Source: an uncultured Sphingobacteriaceae bacterium (GTDB taxonomy: Bacteria; Bacteroidota; Bacteroidia; Sphingobacteriales; Sphingobacteriaceae). Taken from it: a stretch of DNA of 64,000 nt. The DNA lies in NCBI GenBank assembly GCA_963696875.1, contig CAVOLQ010000005.1, positions 70,142-134,141 of the forward strand. Direction: 5' to 3'. The notes beneath the pieces are model-generated. The model did not search any database, was not told the DNA's origin, and saw only the letters and a list, made by a program, of their open reading frames with translations. The position numbers were made by a program, and so were the translations under genes. This document shows positions 59,661-64,000 of this stretch, piece after piece (the first letter of the stretch is position 1; each line of letters opens with the position of its first letter).

Positions 59661-61520
59661 TTAGGACATATGTACTAATAAAACTGAAATATCCGAAGGT
59701 GTTACTCCCGAAATCCTCGATGCTTGACCCAATGTTCTGGGTTTTACATTTCTTAATTTTTCCCGTGCCTCTTTTGAAAGAGATACTAATTTTGAATAGT
59801 CGAATTCAGAATTTATTACCTTGTCTTCCATTTTTTTCATCTTCCCCACCAACTCCAATTCCTTCTCAAAATAACTATCGTACTTTACTTTGATCTCCAC
59901 TTGTTCGAGAGTTTCACTATCCAAACCTTCAACGATTTTTTGTAAACCCTGGTGAACCTTTGTCAAATCGTTGATATTGATCTGGGGCCTACTCAGCATG
60001 GTGAATAACCGTACGTTTTGATTTATGGGACTGCTATCTTTTTCCACTAAAGTAGCATTTATTGAATCCTTATCGACCGAAGTATTCTTCAAATATTGAA
60101 TTATTTTATTAGTTGATTCGACTTTTGAATTCACTTTATCCATTCGCTTCTCTCCTATCAAGCCTAAATCAAATCCAATCGGACTTAGCCGTTCATCTGC
60201 ATTATCCTGTCGTAAAAGTAGTCGATGTTCTGCACGTGAGGTGAACATACGGTAAGGTTCTTCCGTACCCTTAGTTACCAAATCGTCTATCAATACGCCA
60301 ATATAAGATTCAGATCGTTTTAATATTAATTCGTGTTGGTCATTTATTTTTTTATGGGCGTTGATTCCAGCAATTAATCCTTGACTAGCGGCTTCTTCAT
60401 AACCGGTGGTTCCGTTTATTTGTCCTGCAAAAAAGAGATTTTTGACTAGAAATGTTTCTAATGTTAAATCCAATTGCATAGGTGGGAAAAAGTCGTATTC
60501 AATAGCATAGCCGGGTCGGAACATTTTAGCCTTTTCAAATCCCGGTATCAGTCGCATTGCTTTTTGTTGAACATCTTCAGGAAGTGAAGTTGAAAAACCA
60601 TTTACATAAATTTCAATAGTGCTCCATCCTTCTGGTTCTACGAATATCTGGTGTCTATCTCTTTCTGCGAAGCGATTAATTTTATCTTCTATAGATGGGC
60701 AGTACCTTGGACCAAGCCCTTTGATTCTACCGGCAAACATCGGAGATTTTTCAAATCCTTCTTTTAAGGCTTCGTGAACTTTGTCATTCGTATAGGTAAT
60801 CCAACAACATCTTTCTTCAGTCGGAATCGCTACATCGGTAAAAGAAAACTTTCCTTTTTTCTTATCTCCCCACTGTTCTTCCATCACAGAATAATCCAAC
60901 GTTCTACCGTCGACTCTTGGTGGTGTTCCGGTTTTCATTCTGCCAGATTCGAATCCTAATTCAACCAATTGTTCCGTAAGTCCCGTCGCTGCTTTTTCTC
61001 CACTTCTACCTCCTCCAAATTTTTTCTCACCAACATGAATGATTCCATTTAAGAAAGTGCCATTAGTTAATATAACCGTATCACTTTCTATTTCCACTCC
61101 CATAGACGTTTTCACTCCAACCGCTCTGCCGTCTTTAACAATTATTTCTTTAACGGTGTCTTGCCAGAAATCAAGGTTGTCAATTTTTTCTAATTGTAAT
61201 CTCCATTCTTCGGCAAAACGCATCCGATCATTTTGTGTTCTCGGACTCCACATTGCTGGGCCTTTAGATAAATTCAGCATCCTAAATTGGATGGTTGTCT
61301 TGTCGGCAATGATTCCAGAATAGCCTCCCAAGGCATCAATCTCTCTTAATATTTGTCCTTTGGCGACGCCGCCCATTGCAGGATTGCAACTCATTTGCGC
61401 AATCACCCCCATGTTCATAGTGATTAATAAAACCGACGAACCCAGGTTGGCAGCTGCCGCGGCAGCTTCACAACCCGCATGCCCACCTCCAACAACTATG
61501 ACATTATATTTCTCAAACAT
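59661..61520 (-). CDS. mnmG: tRNA uridine 5-carboxymethylaminomethyl modification enzyme MnmG
   Basis: [17 protein letters not shown] motif, [27 protein letters not shown]. Confidence 0.95.
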   Translation of the reverse strand: MFEKYNVIVVGGGHAGCEAAAAAANLGSSVLLITMNMGVIAQMSCNPAMGGVAKGQILREIDALGGYSGIIADKTTIQFRMLNLSKGPAMWSPRTQNDRMRFAEEWRLQLEKIDNLDFWQDTVKEIIVKDGRAVGVKTSMGVEIESDTVILTNGTFLNGIIHVGEKKFGGGRSGEKAATGLTEQLVELGFESGRMKTGTPPRVDGRTLDYSVMEEQWGDKKKGKFSFTDVAIPTEERCCWITYTNDKVHEALKEGFEKSPMFAGRIKGLGPRYCPSIEDKINRFAERDRHQIFVEPEGWSTIEIYVNGFSTSLPEDVQQKAMRLIPGFEKAKMFRPGYAIEYDFFPPMQLDLTLETFLVKNLFFAGQINGTTGYEEAASQGLIAGINAHKKINDQHELILKRSESYIGVLIDDLVTKGTEEPYRMFTSRAEHRLLLRQDNADERLSPIGFDLGLIGEKRMDKVNSKVESTNKIIQYLKNTSVDKDSINATLVEKDSSPINQNVRLFTMLSRPQININDLTKVHQGLQKIVEGLDSETLEQVEIKVKYDSYFEKELELVGKMKKMEDKVINSEFDYSKLVSLSKEAREKLRNVKPRTLGQASRISGVTPSDISVLLVHMS

Positions 61521-61536
61521 TGTATATTTAATCTAA

Positions 61537-61573
61537 GTTTCACGTGGAACAACGCCTTATGTTCCACGTGAAA
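61537..61573 (-). terminator. Perfect 14-bp hairpin between the ABC-F gene and mnmG (probable terminator/insulator)
   Basis: GTTTCACGTGGAAC (61537-61550) and GTTCCACGTGAAAC (61560-61573) with a 9-nt loop. It begins 6 nt after the ABC-F stop. There is no strong U-tract. Confidence 0.5.
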
Positions 61574-61578
61574 CATTG

Positions 61579-63450
61579 TTAACCTTTTTTCTCTAATAAC
61601 TCTAACCAGCGGTCTGATTTGGCCTCCAGGCTGTCTGTTAGTGTCTGTATCTCTTGCCCAATTTCCAATAATACGGCATGGTCTGAAGCGCTGTTCATCT
61701 CGATGGTTTTCTCTTTTATCTTTTCCTCTAGCACTTCTATTTCATTTTCTAAAGATACTATTTCTTGTTCTTCTTTATAGCTAAGGTTTTTTTGAGCAGG
61801 CTCTTCTTTAGGAAGCGCTACCTTCTCACCAGTTTTTTTTTCTACTTTGCTTTTCTCAGCTTTAACCTGCTCTTCTTGTTCAATTTTGAAATCGGAATAA
61901 TTTCCATTGTAAATTATAATTTCCGGATCACTCGTAAAGACGAACAATTGATCGGAAAGCCGATCTAATAAATAACGGTCGTGGGAAACTAGTATTAAAA
62001 TCCCTTGATATTTTTCTAAGAAATCTTCAAGTACATTTAAGGTGTCAATGTCAAGGTCATTTGAAGGCTCATCCAAAATAAGGAAGTTTGGATTCTTCAT
62101 TAAAACCCGCATCAACTGCAAACGCTTCCTTTCTCCCCCACTAAGTTTGTTCACAAATCCAAACTGTTTCTCAGGGGGAAATAAAAATTGGGTTAAAAGC
62201 TGTGAAGCGGTAATCATTTCACCTGAGGCTAATTTGATGTACTCAGCCACATTCTTTACTACATCAATAACGCGCTCGCCTTCTTCTAAAGGTAAACCGT
62301 TCTGACGATAATATCCATAAACCGTCGTTTCCCCTACGTCAATGTTTCCGGAATCAGGAGCATATTCCTGAGTGATCAAATTTAAGAAAGTAGATTTTCC
62401 TGTCCCATTTTTTCCAGCCAAACCTATTCGATCACCCTTTTTGAAAATATAGCTAAAATTGCTGATAATCGGTTTATCGTTAAAAGATTTACTGATCTTA
62501 TCAATCTCTAAAATCTTGTTACCTTGGCGTGCAATTTTAACACTTAAGTTTACTTGCTCCTTACCTGGACCTTTTTTTGTTTTTCCTTCTAAATCGTGGA
62601 AAGCCGAGATCCTTGATTTAGACTTCGTGCCCCTGGCTTTGGGTTGCCTCCGCATCCACTCCAACTCTTTCCGAAGCAAATTCAGATTCTTTTCTAATTC
62701 AATCTCAGATATCGCCTCACGCTCTGCTTTCTTTTCTAAGAAATAACTGTATTTTCCTTTATAGGCATACATCTTCCCATGATCAAGCTCTCGAATATCT
62801 GTGCAAACATTATCTAGAAAATAGCGGTCATGCGTTACAAAAATAACTGTTTTTTGATTTGCAGTAAGAAGGTTCTCCAGCCACTCAATTGTTTCAATAT
62901 CCAAATGGTTAGTCGGCTCATCTAATAAATAGACGTCCGGATCACTGATCAATAACTTGGCTAAGCTTAATCTTTTTTGCTGCCCTCCGGATAGCGTATT
63001 GATTTCTTGATCCAGTTTATTTATTCCAAGCCTACTTAAAATAGTCGTAATCTCGTGCTCATATTCCCAAGCATTGATGGCAGTGATCCTTTCCGTAATT
63101 TCAGCTACCCGATCTTCGTTGAAATCGTCCTCCTGTAAAAGATTTTCATATTCTTTTATCAGTTGTAAGGCCTCGTTCTCCTCATTAAAGATAAAGTCGT
63201 TTATCGTATTGAAATTTTCAAAACGTGGATCTTGATCTAAATATCCAATGCGCAAATCCTTTTCAGTAACTACCTTCCCCGCGGTCGGAATTTCTTTACC
63301 TGCTAAAATTTTTAATAAAGTAGATTTACCTGTGCCATTGATGCCAACCAAGGCAAAGCGATCACCACGTTCAATGCCAAAATGTAAATCTTTAAATAAC
63401 CAACGGTCATGATAAGAATGACCTAATTGTTCTGTTGATAGAATACTCAC
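61579..63450 (-). CDS. ABC-F family ATPase (two ABC domains, no TM domain; Uup/EttA-like)
   Basis: Two Walker A sites (GINGTGKST, GKNGTGKST) and two signatures (LSGGQQKR, LSGGERKR). Charged linker and C-terminal coiled coil. Confidence 0.9.
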   Translation of the reverse strand: MSILSTEQLGHSYHDRWLFKDLHFGIERGDRFALVGINGTGKSTLLKILAGKEIPTAGKVVTEKDLRIGYLDQDPRFENFNTINDFIFNEENEALQLIKEYENLLQEDDFNEDRVAEITERITAINAWEYEHEITTILSRLGINKLDQEINTLSGGQQKRLSLAKLLISDPDVYLLDEPTNHLDIETIEWLENLLTANQKTVIFVTHDRYFLDNVCTDIRELDHGKMYAYKGKYSYFLEKKAEREAISEIELEKNLNLLRKELEWMRRQPKARGTKSKSRISAFHDLEGKTKKGPGKEQVNLSVKIARQGNKILEIDKISKSFNDKPIISNFSYIFKKGDRIGLAGKNGTGKSTFLNLITQEYAPDSGNIDVGETTVYGYYRQNGLPLEEGERVIDVVKNVAEYIKLASGEMITASQLLTQFLFPPEKQFGFVNKLSGGERKRLQLMRVLMKNPNFLILDEPSNDLDIDTLNVLEDFLEKYQGILILVSHDRYLLDRLSDQLFVFTSDPEIIIYNGNYSDFKIEQEEQVKAEKSKVEKKTGEKVALPKEEPAQKNLSYKEEQEIVSLENEIEVLEEKIKEKTIEMNSASDHAVLLEIGQEIQTLTDSLEAKSDRWLELLEKKG

Positions 63451-64000
63451 GCTAATTCTTTAATTTTATCTGATGGATATATAAATATTCCAGTACTATC
63501 GATCAATGACTGCTTATGCATCGCTGAAGCCACCGTTTTTCCCGAGATACTGCGATACTTTTTTAATAAACCAATAAGAAGAGGATCGATGATTTTCATT
63601 ATAACTTCTCCTGCATTTTCCAAAATTCTCTTCTCTTTTCTATCCCCGGTTAAAAGGGACGGCCGGTAGATATGGAAATCCTTAAAGCCTATTTTTGAAA
63701 TGTCATCTTCAATTTCTCCTTTCATTTTTAAGTAAAAGTTTGAAGATGAGGGGTTTGCGCCTAAGGATGAAACGATGTGAAAGGAATTAACGCCCTGATC
63801 TTTAGCTAGTTTAGCCACAAGAAGCGGGTAGTCATGATCAATATGGTAATACTCCTTTAAATCAGGAGTCTTTTTTTTCGTGTTTCCTAAACAAGAAAAT
63901 ACAACATCCACCTTTAGTTCCTCCTGATGATCTTCAATCGTAGAAAAATCTGCGATAATTTGTTCCAACTTCGAATGATTAATAGGAAGCTTTTTCCTAA
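63447..64000 (-). CDS. NAD(P)H-binding (atypical SDR/HTATIP2-like) protein, C-terminal part (5' end outside the window)
   Basis: The frame stays open to the window edge upstream of the listed TTG. VFSCLG.T......EYYHIDHDYPL..AKLAK..G...F..VSS.GA pattern. Confidence 0.6.
   Translation of the reverse strand, partial: RKKLPINHSKLEQIIADFSTIEDHQEELKVDVVFSCLGNTKKKTPDLKEYYHIDHDYPLLVAKLAKDQGVNSFHIVSSLGANPSSSNFYLKMKGEIEDDISKIGFKDFHIYRPSLLTGDRKEKRILENAGEVIMKIIDPLLIGLLKKYRSISGKTVASAMHKQSLIDSTGIFIYPSDKIKELA

Noticed and set aside
1-64000. Prophage, integrative element, defence island or toxin-antitoxin content
   Set aside because: I saw no integrase, transposase, phage structural, restriction-modification, cas, or recognisable toxin-antitoxin genes, and no tRNA that could serve as an integration target. 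Gene content is core metabolism and information processing throughout.

Overview
This 64 kb window is low-GC chromosomal DNA. Gene content and protein signatures point to Bacteroidota, probably Sphingobacteriia-like. It is densely packed with about 60 mostly housekeeping genes on both strands: dtd, gcvT, rnhB, polA, purD, nadD, gmk, dnaG, secA, pgi, nagB (long form), anmK, trpE-trpG-trpC, clpS, tag, dps, ybeY, bioB, rmuC, thiL, nadA/nadB, mnmG and an ABC-F ATPase. I found no rRNA, tRNA, CRISPR array, transposase or integrase.

The observations most worth a second look:
1. An unannotated 24-codon leader peptide with three consecutive Trp codons, plus a terminator and a competing antiterminator, lies upstream of trpE. 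This looks like classic ribosome-mediated attenuation.
2. An operon at 41.5-45.6 kb encodes an Rrf2 Fe-S regulator, a divergent C-family (cbb3-like) heme-copper oxidase subunit I with a roughly 170-aa N-terminal extension, a CcoO::cytochrome c fusion and two small membrane proteins. A group III truncated hemoglobin and an adrenodoxin-type ferredoxin follow. This is a plausible O2/NO-scavenging module.
3. Three otherwise well-conserved genes are broken by single-nucleotide indels: secA by 11 indels within 1.55 kb, nagB by 3, and polA by 1. The remaining genes appear intact. Sequence or assembly error is more likely than real decay, but it needs checking.
4. Two intergenic regions are built from heptamer-periodic repeat arrays flanking a central hairpin.

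All calls come from reading the ORF translations and the nucleotide sequence by eye. No database search was run.
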